Shown one piece after another: positions 10,657 to 22,411 of a DNA stretch of 64,000 bases (position 1 is its first letter; every line of letters begins with the position of its first letter). The position numbers and the translations under genes were made by a program. The notes beneath the pieces are model-generated. The model searched no databases, was not told where the DNA came from, and worked only from the letters and a program-made list of their open reading frames with translations. This DNA comes from Cyanophora paradoxa CCMP329 (taxonomy: Eukaryota; Plantae; Glaucophyta), in contig QPMI01000256.1 of NCBI GenBank assembly GCA_004431415.1, positions 25,131 to 89,130 on the forward strand, given 5' to 3'.

Positions 10657-12652
10657 ATGGCTCCCCGCGCATTCGAGAATGAGCCCGTCGCCGCCGCGGC
10701 CGCGGCGGGCGATCGTCACGCGCCATCGTCGGGCAAGGACCGCCAGGCTAGCGGCGAGCCGCTGGACTGGGCGGCTCTCCCCGAAATTAACTTCAACTAC
10801 GGAACGGTGTGCACGCCCTTGCCGCGCCCGCCCGCTCCCGCGCCGCCTCGCCGACGGCCCCGCGTGCCGCGTGGCACGCGCCCAGCTCCGCAAAGCCATC
10901 CCCAAGGAGTGCTTCGTCCGCAACACCTGGCTCTCCATCGCGTGCGTCGTGCACCTCGCGGTCGCATCATTGTGATCATCGAATCATGTCGCAACCTCCA
11001 GGTACATGATCCGCTCCTACATCTTCGCGGCGGCGCTCCTCGGGGGTGTCTGGTACCTCAACTCGGTGTTCCCGCGCTGGGCCATGTACCTCGTGCGCCC
11101 CCGCGCCTCGGCCGGCGCCCGTCCCGCGTGACGTGTTGGCGGGATCGCCGGGCAGGTGTGGCCGGCGTACTGGGTGGCCCAGGGAACCGTCTTCTGGGGC
11201 TTCTTCACCGTCGGGCACGACTGCGGCCACGGCAGCTTCTCGCCCTCGCGCATGGTCAACAACATCTGCGGTGGGCGCCGCCGCCTGCGCCCCGCCGGCG
11301 CCGCCCCGCCGCTGACCTCTGCGCAGGCCACCTCACCCACGCGCCGCTGCTGGTCCCGTACCACTCCTGGCGCATCAGGTGCCCCCCTCGGCGGCCCCGG
11401 GGGCGCGCGGCTGCGCGGCCGGCTGACGGCGTGGCAGCCACGCGCACCACCACGCGCTCACGGGGAACGTGGACGAGGACGAGAGCTGGTACCCTACCCT
11501 CAAGTCGGACTACTACAGCATGTCCCATATCATCTACTTCGTCCGCTTCGAGCTCGTGCGCCGCCCCGCCCCCGCCCCGCGGCCCCCGCCCCTCCGGGCG
11601 CCCCGCAGCTCACGAGGGGGGCCGGCCGGAAGATCTGGCTCATCGTCGGGTGGCCCCTGTACCTGCTGGGCGCCCGCGGCCGCAACGGCGACGACCGCTC
11701 CCACTTCGACCCCCGCATGCAGTCCGCCCGCCCCGAGAGCCCCGCCCGACGCGGCGCCGAGGCTGAGGGGGGCGGGGCAGGCTCTTCAAGGAGGGCGACA
11801 AGCCCGGGGTGATCTTCTCGTCTGCGGCGGTCTTCGCGATGATCGGGGCGCTGGTGGCGCTGGGCCAGCGCGTGGGCCACCTCAGCGTCTTCCTCTCGTA
11901 CGGGCCCCCCTACCTCGTCTTCTGCTTCTGGATCACCGCCGTCACCTTCCTCCACCACACCGTGCCCCCCGGCCCCCGCCGAGCACCCCAGCGCCCCCCT
12001 CTGAGCCTCGGAGGCCCCCTACAGGAGGTCACCATCCCCTGGTACCGCAAGGGCACCTGGGAGAAGCTCCGCGGCGCCCTCAGGTCCCGCCCCCGCCCCG
12101 CCCCCGCCCCGTCCCGCCCCGCCCTGACGCCGGCGGGGCGGCAGCACGATCGACCGGGACTACGGCGCGCTCGTCAACGACATCTCGCACAACATCGGTG
12201 CCCCGCCCCGCTCTCTCGCCCTGCTCTCGCCCCGCCTGAGCGGCACGGGGCCGCAGGGACGCACGTCGCGCATCACCTCTTCTTCACCATCCCGCACTAC
12301 AACCTCGTCCGCCGCCCCCCCCCCCCCCCCCCCCCCCCCGCCCCCGCCCCCGCGAGCAGCCGGGCGGGCGGGCGGCCGAGGCGTCGGGGGGCGCAGGTGG
12401 AGGCGACCAAGCACCTGGCGCCGGCGCTGGGCCCCTGGTACCACAAGTCGGACCGCGGCATCATCGCCTCCATCCTCAAGTCGTGGCGCGAGTGCCGGTG
12501 CGGGCAGCTCGCCGCGTCGCCGGGGCGGCGCTGCCGGGGGCGGGCGGCGAGCGTCGGGGCGCAGGTACGTGCCGGACGAGGGCAACGTGGTCATGTTCAC
12601 CTCCCCCGAGAAGGAGGCCGCCCAGGAGGCCGCCAAGACCAAGGCCCGCTAG
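10657..12652 (+). CDS. Membrane omega-3/Delta12-family fatty acid desaturase (omega-3/Delta17-like), ~12 introns
   Basis: Spliced product contains [10 protein letters not shown], the three His boxes GHDCGH, SHAHHH and THVAHH, plus DESWYP, TFLHH and STIDRDYG. C-terminal KTKAR fits a KxKxx ER-retrieval signal. Stop TAG at 12650-12652. Confidence 0.93.
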
Positions 12653-13955
12653 GCCCCAGCTCGCCAAGCCCCGCCCCCTTCCGATGCCTGCGTTTCTCCG
12701 TCTGCGGCTCGATGATGATTTGATGGGTTTCGATGCTCCGAGCCTCTATCGACGTCAGTATCGCAGTCAGATTTTTTTACAGCCGTATGCGGTTTACAGC
12801 GACATGTGATGATGATGATGAGCCTGACAGTTATTTAAGCGTGATGTATTGTCGTGTCGTGATGCGAATGATAGTTATCGACTTCCCGAATTCCGAACTC
12901 AGCGTGACTAACTGTAACTATGGAGCTTGCATGGAGCTTGGGGGCTCTGAGCTCTCTGATGTACCGTAATACCCCGCGCAAATGTCGTCAGGAGCTCGGA
13001 GTTCCGGCATATGCCGCAGTGCCATATGCATGGTCATGCCATGATGATGCATCCGATCGAGCGGATCATCATGGCCGGGCACTGCGGCATCGGATATCGA
13101 TACTATATATGATAATCGAGACGGTCGGTCATGATCAAAAAGCCTTCAACTTCCCGAGTCCGAAGTTCAATTGCAAGGCCGCTGAGGCTTCGAATTCGAA
13201 ACTTGAAAGCCTTTACATATAAGTTAATTTCGTCCGCGGTGCGGCACTGCGGCATCCGAAAATGCCGGTGATCATGACGGAAATCCGAAAAGTCGACGTA
13301 CGTATACTACGGTACGTATACGACGGTCCGACGTCGACGGTCGGCGCGGAGGCCCCGGGGGGCCTTCAGGCTTACGACCCCGCGCGGGGCCCACTCAGTG
13401 ACGGGGCCACTAGATGAGGCCCTGAGGCAAGCCGTGAGACAGGCTGGCGTCACGGGCCCAGGTGAACTTCGGAACGTTAACAGGCACAGTGCCATCACCG
13501 TGGCACTGCCATGGCCATGGCCACGGCCGCAGCTGCAGTGAGTAAGCAATGCATATGTGCCCAACCGCAGTGCCATGTGCACGGTGCCGGTGCAGGCCGG
13601 GCCATGGACAGCACGGAGTTCGATTTTTAAATGAATTGAAACCCGTTGGACACTGTGACACACCATGGGCATCATCATCATCCCGTAATATGGATGATGG
13701 ATGATGGAATACGCATACGCATACGCATAGGCCTAGGCATCCCCACCCCCATCGAATGCAAGCGAGAAATAGAAATTGAAAATGTCAACTGGCTCGGCAG
13801 CTCTGAAATACAAAGCTGCTCGGAGGCCTTTTTCGGTGCCTGCAGATCTCCAGCAGGGTTTGGGGGTCGAGCAGCCGACAAGGGAGCTCGCGATGGGGAA
13901 GCCAGGGCAAGGAGGCACGAGGGAAGGCGAGGAAGGACAGCGGGCGGAGGGGCGG

Positions 13956-16900
13956 CTACTGTGCGTGCTCGTGCGCGGCTGCCGGCGGCGGCGTGCCCGG
14001 GGCGCCCCCCGCGGGGAGCGCGCCCGGGGTCGCTGGCTCGGCCCCCCGTCCCCGCTGCCGCGGCGCTGCGGGAAGCCGGATGCCTGCAGCGCCGCAGGCA
14101 GCCGCGGCTGCTCGGGCGCGCCGGGGCCCCCGCTGCGTGCTCGCGGGCCGTCGAGGCGACGCGCTCGAGGGCCGGCGCCGGGGCGGCGTCGGGTGGGCGC
14201 TCGGTGACGGGCGCCGCCTGCGGGACGGGGGCGACCGAGGCGTCGGCGGAGCCGCGGCGGAGGGGAGGCAGACGGACGCGGCGGGCGGGGCGCCCCCGGC
14301 GCCCCCTCCGCCTCCGCGCCGGAGAGGACCTCGCGGGAGCCCTTCAGCGCCGGCAGCAGCCCGTTCCGGAAGGCCCCGCGCCCCGCCCCGCCGCCCCGCC
14401 CCGCCGGCTGCTGCGGCTGCGGCTCGGGCCGCTGCGGCTGGCCGCTGCCGAGCTCGCCAGCGGAGGCGGGCGCGGGGCGCCCCGCTGGCGCCGCTCGCCG
14501 CCCTCGGGCGATCGCGAGGGCGAGGTGCGGGAGAGGGCGGCGGCGGAGACGGGCCGGGAAGCGGCGGAGGCGGCGGAGGAGCGGCTGGTGGCGGGGGCGG
14601 GGGCGCCCTCGCCCTCGCGGTCCGAGCGGCCGGCGGAGAGGTCGCGGGCGGAGCGCGAGGGGCGCAAAGAGCGCGACGAGGCGGAGCGGTTCAGCGGCGG
14701 CGGCGGCGCCGTCATCTGCCGCGCCCGCCCCGTGAGCCGCGCCGAGGCGGGGCGGGGGGCGGCGTGCGGGGGGCGGGCCTCCCAGATGGAGCGGAGGACG
14801 GGGAGCGCGCGGCCGCCGTCCGAGTCGCGCGAGTCCGCCGACCGCTTGCGCGCCGCCCGCCGCGCCGCCCCCTCCTCCTCCTCCTCCTCGTCCAGCGCCC
14901 GCACCTGCGCTTCCATCAGCGCCCAAGTGTGCCGGGGCGAGGGCCGGGCGGGGCGGCGGGCCGGGACGGGTGCGGCGGGGCCGGCGTGCGTGCTGGCGCT
15001 GCGGTGCGTGGCGGGCCCCGCGGGGCGCCCCGACCGGAAGCTCCGGTTCGTGCGCGCCGAGCGGCTCGAGCGCACCGACCGCTGCCGGCCCTCTCAGCGG
15101 CGCACCGCGGCGGCGCGGGGCAGGGCGGCGCACGGCGGAGGGCGGGGCGGCCTCCGAGGGCGGGGCGGGGGGCAGGGCGAGGCCGGCGGGGTCGTTGAGG
15201 GAAGCGCTGTTGCGCCGCCGTAGGCTCCGGGCCGTCGGCGGCGCGTACGCCCGCCCCGCCGCCGCCTCTCCTGCCGCCCGGGAGCCCCCGGGGCCAGTCA
15301 GGCAGCATAAGAAAGAACAGAGACAGGGGGCGCACCGGAGTCGCGCTTCCCGTCGAGGGAGCGGGCGGAGGGCGGCCCCTCCGAGCGCTGCGAGGCCGGC
15401 GGCTCCTCCTCCCCCTCGCCCGGCGCCAAGTACGCGTACCCCGCCCTCTCGTCGAGCTGACGGGGAGGCTCAGGGGGAAGGGGGGAAGGGGGGAGGGGGA
15501 GGGGGAAGGGAGGGGCGGGGTGGGGCGGGGTCGCGCCTCGTCGATGCCGACGGCGCCGGAGCGGCGGGCGGCGAGGAGGCGCCGCAGGAAGTACGTCCCG
15601 ATGAGCAGCGCCCCTGCCCTCGCCTCGGCCCCGGCGCGACGCGGGCGCGGCGGAGGCGCGGCGGCGCACCGACGGCGAAGGCGACGGCGTTGAACGTGTA
15701 CTGCACGCCCCGCACGTTGTCTGCGGCGCCCCGCCGCGTGAGCGGCCGCCGGCGCGCACGAGCGCCGGCGCGGGCGGCGGGGCGTACACTCGGGCGCGAT
15801 GAACGCCGCGGAGACGACCATCTGCCCGCGCGCCCCCCGGAGGTCGCCGCAGGGCGGCGCGCGTGCATCCCCCCGTGGCGGGGACGCGGCCCCGCACCTC
15901 CATGCACGATGTGAGCATGAGGACGGTGAGGAAGAGCGCTGCGGGGGCACAGGACGATGAGGCGGGAGGCGGGAGGCGGGGCGGGGCGGGGGCCGGGGGG
16001 AGGGGGCGCGCGCGCACTCTCGATGACGTTGTCGAGGGGCTGGCGGTAGGGGCGCGCGAGCCCGTGCAGCGTCACGAAGCTGCCGGCGAGGAGGGCGCAG
16101 CGCCCCGCTCGAGAGCGCACATGTACAGGCGCAGGCGCGGGGCGGGGGCGGGGGCGGGACGGGGCGCACAAGACGGCGGCCAGGAAAAGGGCGAGGGAGC
16201 GGGAGTTGTCGCGGCTGGCGAACTGCGGGGAGGGGAGGCGGGGCGGCCGTCGGGCGGGGGCACCCGGGCCGCCGGAAAGGGGTTGGGGGCGCACGGCAGT
16301 GTCGAGGATGATGAGGACGATGCGGCGCGCCATCACGACCACCTCGTAGAACTGCCGCACACGCCCCCTCAGACGGCGAGGGCGGGGCGGGGCGGGGCGG
16401 GGCGGGGCTGTGGGGCGCGCCTTCCAGGGCGGGCGGTAGCAGGCGAAGACGGAGCCGTACTTCCAGACGACCTCGTCGCTGTAGAGCGAGGCGGTGCCCT
16501 TGCGGCTCTGGACTCCCCCGGGGGCGGGGTGAGAGCGGTGGCGAGCTCAGCGCCTCCGACGTGGCGCACGAGGTAGAGGACGACGACGGAGAGGGCGACG
16601 GGGAGGGCAAAGACGTAGCCCACCATCATGATCCACGCCACCGGCAGCCTGCCCCCGCCCGTGAGCCGCCCCCGCAGGGCCGCGCGAGGGGGCGGCGGCG
16701 GGGCGCGCCAGCGGGTGTACTCGTCGGAGGCGCAGTTGACGGAGGGGAAGCGCCGCAGCACGCGCCTGCGCGGGGGCGCCGGCGCTGAGGGGGCGGCGGA
16801 GGGGGCCCGGCGGCGCGGGGCAGGCGCACTGGCCGCCGACGGGGACACAGTCGAGGTACTTAATTGACTGCGGGCGCCGTGAGAGCCCGCCCCTCCCCCG

Positions 16901-19900
16901 GCGAGGGCGGACAGCTCAAGGGGCAGCCGCCGCACCGTGTTGCCGATCGCTGCGGGGCGAAGCGGGGGGGAGGCGTCAGGCGCGAGTCTGGGAGATGGGG
17001 CGGGCGGGGCGGGGGCACCGATGTAGGCGATGGAGGCGATCTGGAAGGCCATGATGAAGAGGCGCCGCTGCAGGGCCGCCCCTACATTGAGCCCCGCAGC
17101 GGGGCGCGGGGGCGTGGGCGCGGGGCGCGCCTGGAGGGCGTGGGATACGCGGCGGCGGCGGCCGGAGCGGAGGCACTCGGCGAGAAGGAGGAGCGCCACG
17201 AATGCGCAGAGCACCGCGAACGCGAACGCCGGGATCCTGCCCGCCACGTGAGCCCGGCGCAGGGGGGCGCTGCGGAGGGGTGGAGGGCGGGCCAGTAGCC
17301 GAGGAGGGTGCGCTGGACGGGGGAGATGGCGAAGGGGCAGCGGAGGGAGGAGGAGAGGAGGACGTCCCACGAGAGGTTCGAAAAGAGGACCCCCACGTCG
17401 TCCTGCCGCAGGCGTCACGTGCACCGCGGGCGGAACGGGCGGGGGGGCGGGCGGGCGGGGCGTCGGCGCGCGTTCATGACGAGGGAGACCGACTGGACGA
17501 AGAAGATCTGACGGGCGAGAGAGAGGTTGTGAGGGGAGGGGGGGGAGGGGAGGAAGGGCGGGGGGGAGGGGGGTGCGGGGTGGGCGGGCGGGGGCGGGAG
17601 GGCCGCACGGCGCTCTTGAGCTTGCCCGAGGAGGGAAGCCCCGCGGAGAGGAACCTGCGCCGGCAGCGAGGCGTGAGAGGTGGCGGCGGGGCGGGCGAGG
17701 CGGCGGGGCGGGCCAGCAGCCGACGACGAGGGCGACGGCGGCGAGGAGCGGGATGAGCAGCAGCGCGTACTGCGGGTCCTCGCACCGCGCGCACCGCCCT
17801 GCCCAGTCGCCCCCGAACGCCACTCAGCACCCGAGACTCTCTGGGAGGGGCGGGGCGGTGGCGGGAGAGGGCACCGGCCCAGTCGCTGTACCCATCGACG
17901 CAGTCCCCGCAGAGGACGCCCGTCCGGTGCTCCGCGCTGCCGCCCCCGCGATCGGCGCCGGCGCGGGGTGCGCTCGAGTGCGCGGCGCATGTGCACCACG
18001 CGTTCTCGAGCTCGCACTTGCCCCCGGGGCAGCAAAAGCCGCTGGGGCAGCGGAAGACCTGGCGGGCGGGGGCCGTTGAGGGGCGGCGGGGCTTCAGCCC
18101 ACGGGGGCCCGGGGCGCGCGCCTCGGGCCGGGCCGCTGTGAGAGAGGCTGGATCGACCCAGAAGCCCCTCTCAGGCAAAATGAGCGTCTTCCCGGGGCAC
18201 TGCAGGAGAGTTCGGTCTGGCGGAGCGCAGCTGCCGGGGGCGGGAAGCCGGGGGGCGGACGGTGGCGCCGGAGGGGCAGGCCTGGCACACGCCGTCGCCC
18301 CTGAGGTTGTAGGTGCCCGCAGCGCTGCCGGCCGCGGCGTTTGAAGAGGCGCGGGAGGGCGGGGGGCGTCGGGTGGCGGACCAGGGGACGCAGCGGAAGG
18401 AGGTGGGCGACTCGACAGCCGCGTAGCCCGGGGCGCAGGGGAGCACCGAAAGGCGCACCTCCGCCCGCCCCGCCTCTGCGCCCCGCCCCCGCAGCAGTGA
18501 GCGAGGGCGGGGCGGGGGCAAGGGCGGGGTGCGGGGGCCGGGGCCGCGCCGGAGTCGAAGGCGACGGTGAAGTTGCGGGCGGCGGAGCCGTCGACGTAGT
18601 ACGTCGCCTCGAACTCCACCACGCCCCGCTTGAAGACCTGCCCGGGGGGGAGGGGGGAGGCGGAAGCTTAGCGAGGGCCCACGCGCGCGGCGGGGCCGGG
18701 GCGGGGCGGGGCGCGCCTGGATGGACGTGAGGGTGCTGAGGACGAGGCCCTCCGAGGGCCGCAGCTCCGCCAGCAGCGGCCTGCGCCGCCAGCCGCTCGG
18801 GTCGGGCGCGGGGAAGGGCGGCGGGCGGGCTCCGGACGGACGGGTAGGTGGAGGTGACGAGCTGCCCGAGGGCGTCGATGAGGTGCGCGGAGAGCACGAA
18901 GTCCTCTCCTGCCGCCGCCCGCCCTCAGCAGCGCGCGAGGAGAAGACGGGGGGTGGCGGGCGCACCGGGGGCCTTGGCGATGGCTGCCGAGCCGTTCACA
19001 ACGATGCGCTGCGGCCGCGTCGCCCGCACGGGGCCCCAGTCCGCCCCGTTCTCCCGCATCTGGCCCCGAGCGCCGCCTCGCCTCGGCGCCGAGGGGCCGG
19101 GGGGCCCGCGAGGGCGCCCCGGGCACGCACCACGACCCCGCTGTCATCCCCCAGGATCGGCTTGAAGCTGCAGGGGAGGGGCGGAGGGCGTGCGTCACGC
19201 GCCGGGACAAGGTCGCGGGCGGGGGCCGATGCGGGGCGGGGGTGCGGGGCGGGGGCGCACTTGTCGAAGTAGAGGACGCCGCCGGCGATGCTCGCCGCGT
19301 TCTCCGCGAAGGTCGTCCCGTTGAACTGCGCCGGCGCCCCTCAGGAGGCGCGGCGGGGACCAAGAGGCGGGGCGGGGGGACCTGGAGGGTGCTCGCGTCC
19401 CCCTCGAAGTCGGGCCCCACCGCCGCCGCCGCCCCGTACCTGCCCCCGGCGGGGCCCCGCTCAAGGGCGGCCGCTGAGGAGAGGGGGCGGGCGGGGGGCC
19501 CCTAAGGCACCGGGCGCGGTTGCGGAGGACTTGCGAGTCGACGAGATGCGTCACGGCCGCCTTCTTCACGTACACGCCCCCGCTGCACCCGCCCCTCAGC
19601 GCCCGCCAAGGCGCCGCGCGGCGCCCCGGCCCGCACCCCATGGCGGCCTCGTTCTCCGCGATCGTCGCGCCCCGCACGGTCACCTGCCGGCCGCCGGGAG
19701 GCGGGTCACGCCTGCAGGGGCCCCAGCGGGGTGGCTGCGGGGCCGGCGGGCTGGGGCGGGGCGGGGAGGGCGGGGGGGCGCCTTGGCCTGGTTGTCGAGG
19801 AAGAGGGCGCCGCCGCGCTCGCGGGCCGCGTTGCGCAGGAAGCCGCCGCCCTCGATCGAGACCGCCGCGAAGTCGTACACCGCCAGCGCCCCGCCCTCCA

Positions 19901-20901
19901 CCGCCGCGTTGTCTGAGCGCCGATAGCACGCTTCAGGGCCGCAGAGGGGGAGGAGGAGGCGCGGCGCGGGTCGGCGCGCCGCTGACGACCGTGTCGCGCA
20001 GCGTCACCACGCTGTGGTCCGAGACCTGTGCCGGCGCCGCCCGATTACGAGAGCGGCGGGGGAGGCTGCGCGGGGGCGGGAGGACGGAGGGGGCGGGCCT
20101 GGAGGGTGCCCTGCGCGGAGGAGCAGTTGGCGATGCGGGAGCCCTCGATGAGCACCGAGATGTCTCCCTGCATGCGCTGCGAGGGCGCCTCGGGCCGGCG
20201 CGGGGCGCTGCGCGGTGCGGGGGCGGGGCGCACGAGGAAGCCGCCGGGGGCGGCCTTGGAGGAGAAGCCCGAGAAGCTCGAGTTGCGGATCGTCACCGAG
20301 TTGCCGTCCCCCTGCGCTCCTGTCAGGGGCAGCGCGCGCGGGGCGGGGCGGGGCGGGGCGGGCCCAGAGGCCGATGAAGCCGCCGCCCCAGTCCGAGGCG
20401 ACGCCCTCCGCCGCCTCGATCTCCTCCAGCACCGCCGTCGTCTCCCCCCGGTCTGCCCGGGCCCCCCGCCCCCTCGCCCCGGCGCGCGGCGCGGCGGCGG
20501 GGCCGGCGGGGCGCACTGTAGAAGGCGCCCCCCTGCGTGGAGGTCGAGCGGCGGAAGGAGGAGCGCCGCACGGTGATCTTCGACGCCCCCGACATCGTCA
20601 CGTGGCCCCCGCCGCCTGGCCCCGCCTTTTAAGCCCCGCCCCCGCCCCGCCCGCCCCCGGCACGAGCGCACTCTCGCTCGTGTTCTCCTCGAAGGTGCTG
20701 CGGGCGGGGCAGGGCGGCGGAATTCGGCGGGGGGCGCGCGGAGGGGCGCGCGGGGCGGACCAGTCCTCGTAGACGGGGGCGCAGGTGGTGGAGACGGCGA
20801 CGGCCCCGCCCCCGCCCCCGCCCGAGCGGTTCCGCCGGAATACGCTCCGCGCCACCGTCCACCGGTCGTCACCGTAGTGGTATCTGCCGCCGGCCCCTCG
20901 G

Positions 20902-20936
<35 letters not shown>

Positions 20937-21678
20937 CGGGGCCCGCACATGGCTCCCCCGCTCCACGTGCCGGCGTTCCGCTCGAAGAGGCACTCCTCGA
21001 AGCGCGCCGTCGACTGCGCAGCGGGGCGAGGCGGCTGAGCCGGGAGCTGGGCGGGCGGGTGCGCTGGAGGCGGGCTACCGTGAGGCCCGAGTCGGCGGCG
21101 CCGCCGTACGGCGACTCGTTCTCGATGAACCTGGGCTACGAGTTTGCCGGGGGCGCGCGAGGGCACTCCCCTCTGGGCGCACTTGGAGCGTCGGATGAGG
21201 GGCCGGCTGCGGCCCTCGCCGACGAACGCTGCGGGGTGCGCGTCAGCGCGAGGCCTCGACGCGGCCGCCGGGGGCACGGCGCCGGCACCCCCGCCGAAGT
21301 TGTCCGCCTGAGGCGACGGGCGCGGGGTGTGAGATCACGTCAGAGAGTGCGGGGCCGGGGGCGGAGAGGGGAGGCGCACGAAGTTCTTCTCGAAGAGGCA
21401 GTCCTCGAAGACGGCCGCTGGGCCCCGCGTCGGCCTCGGCGCCCGAGGGAGCGGGGCGGGGGCGGGGCGGGCGGGGGGCACCGGAGTCGTCGTGCACCCA
21501 GACGGCGCCGCCGCCGAGCCAGGCGCGGCACTCGCGGAAGGTGACGCGGCGGAAGGTCGGGCTCGCCCCCTTGGCCGCGTACACCCCGCCCCCGGAGCGG
21601 CTCACGTAGGGCAGCGGGCCCCCCGAGCTCGCCGGCGCCAGCCTGCCGCGCCGCGCCGCGCCGCGCCGGTTGGGCGAG

Positions 21679-21720
<42 letters not shown>

Positions 21721-22411
21721 CGGAGAAGGGGAGGGGAAGCGGGGGGCGGACCCGTCGGCGTGGCACTTCTCAAAGACGACGTCCTCGAGGAGGAGGCCGG
21801 CCGACGTGTTCTGCAGCATGTCCACCAGCACGCACCCGCCCTGCCGCGGCTCGCCGGGGGGCGCGGAGGGCGGCGGGGCGGGGCCGGGGGCGCACGACCC
21901 AGCTCCTGCCGCCGCGGAAGGTGAGGCCCCGGATGCGCATGTTCGCCGCCGCGTCGTAGAGGGCCATCACCTGCGCCCCGCCCCTCGCTCCCTTCCGCGC
22001 AGGCGCCCGCCCGCGGGAGCCCGCACCCGCCCTCCGCCCCCGCGTCCAGCACCACGTCTGCGGGGCCGGCGCCGGCCCCACCACGGCCAGGTTCGCCTTC
22101 TCCGGCTGCGCGCGCCGTCGGCCAGCGGCCGGCGGCGGGGCGGGCGGGGACGGCGGGCCTTCAGGTCCGTCTCCGCGTACACGCCCGGCGCCAGGCGGAT
22201 CTCGTCCCCTGCCGAGGCTTCCGCGAACGCTGCCGGGGCGCTCGGGCGCTGGCGACAACAGGCCGCGCAGCGAGGGTGCACCGCGAGCGAGTGTCTTGCA
22301 GGGCGCGGAGCGGCCGCAGCCGGCAGCGTCCGAGCCGGCCTTGGCGTCCACCTGTAGCGTCGCGCCCGCCGCCGATCCCAGCACGCAGGCGAGCAGCAGG
22401 ACGCCGGCCAT
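13956..22411 (-). CDS. Large secreted/membrane protein: signal peptide, right-handed beta-helix (Pmp-like GGA(I/V/L)/FxxN repeats), Cys-rich linker, ~7-TM domain, low-complexity tail; many introns
   Basis: Motifs include PCKTL, AGDEIRLAPGVY, GGGVYA, GGGAVWV, FERNAGTWSGGAM, FLRNAARERGGALFL, PERGFW, CPSGFCC, HRTGVLCGDC and YGSVFACY...YWEFYEVVVMARRIVLI-type TM segments. The 3' end (stop 13956-13958) is tentative, and there are apparent homopolymer frameshifts near 22040-22080. Confidence 0.75.
21680..21720. repeat. Poly-G tract (41 nt), intronic; similar G/C tracts near 12315, 20903 and 33297
   Basis: Read directly from the sequence. Confidence 0.9.
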
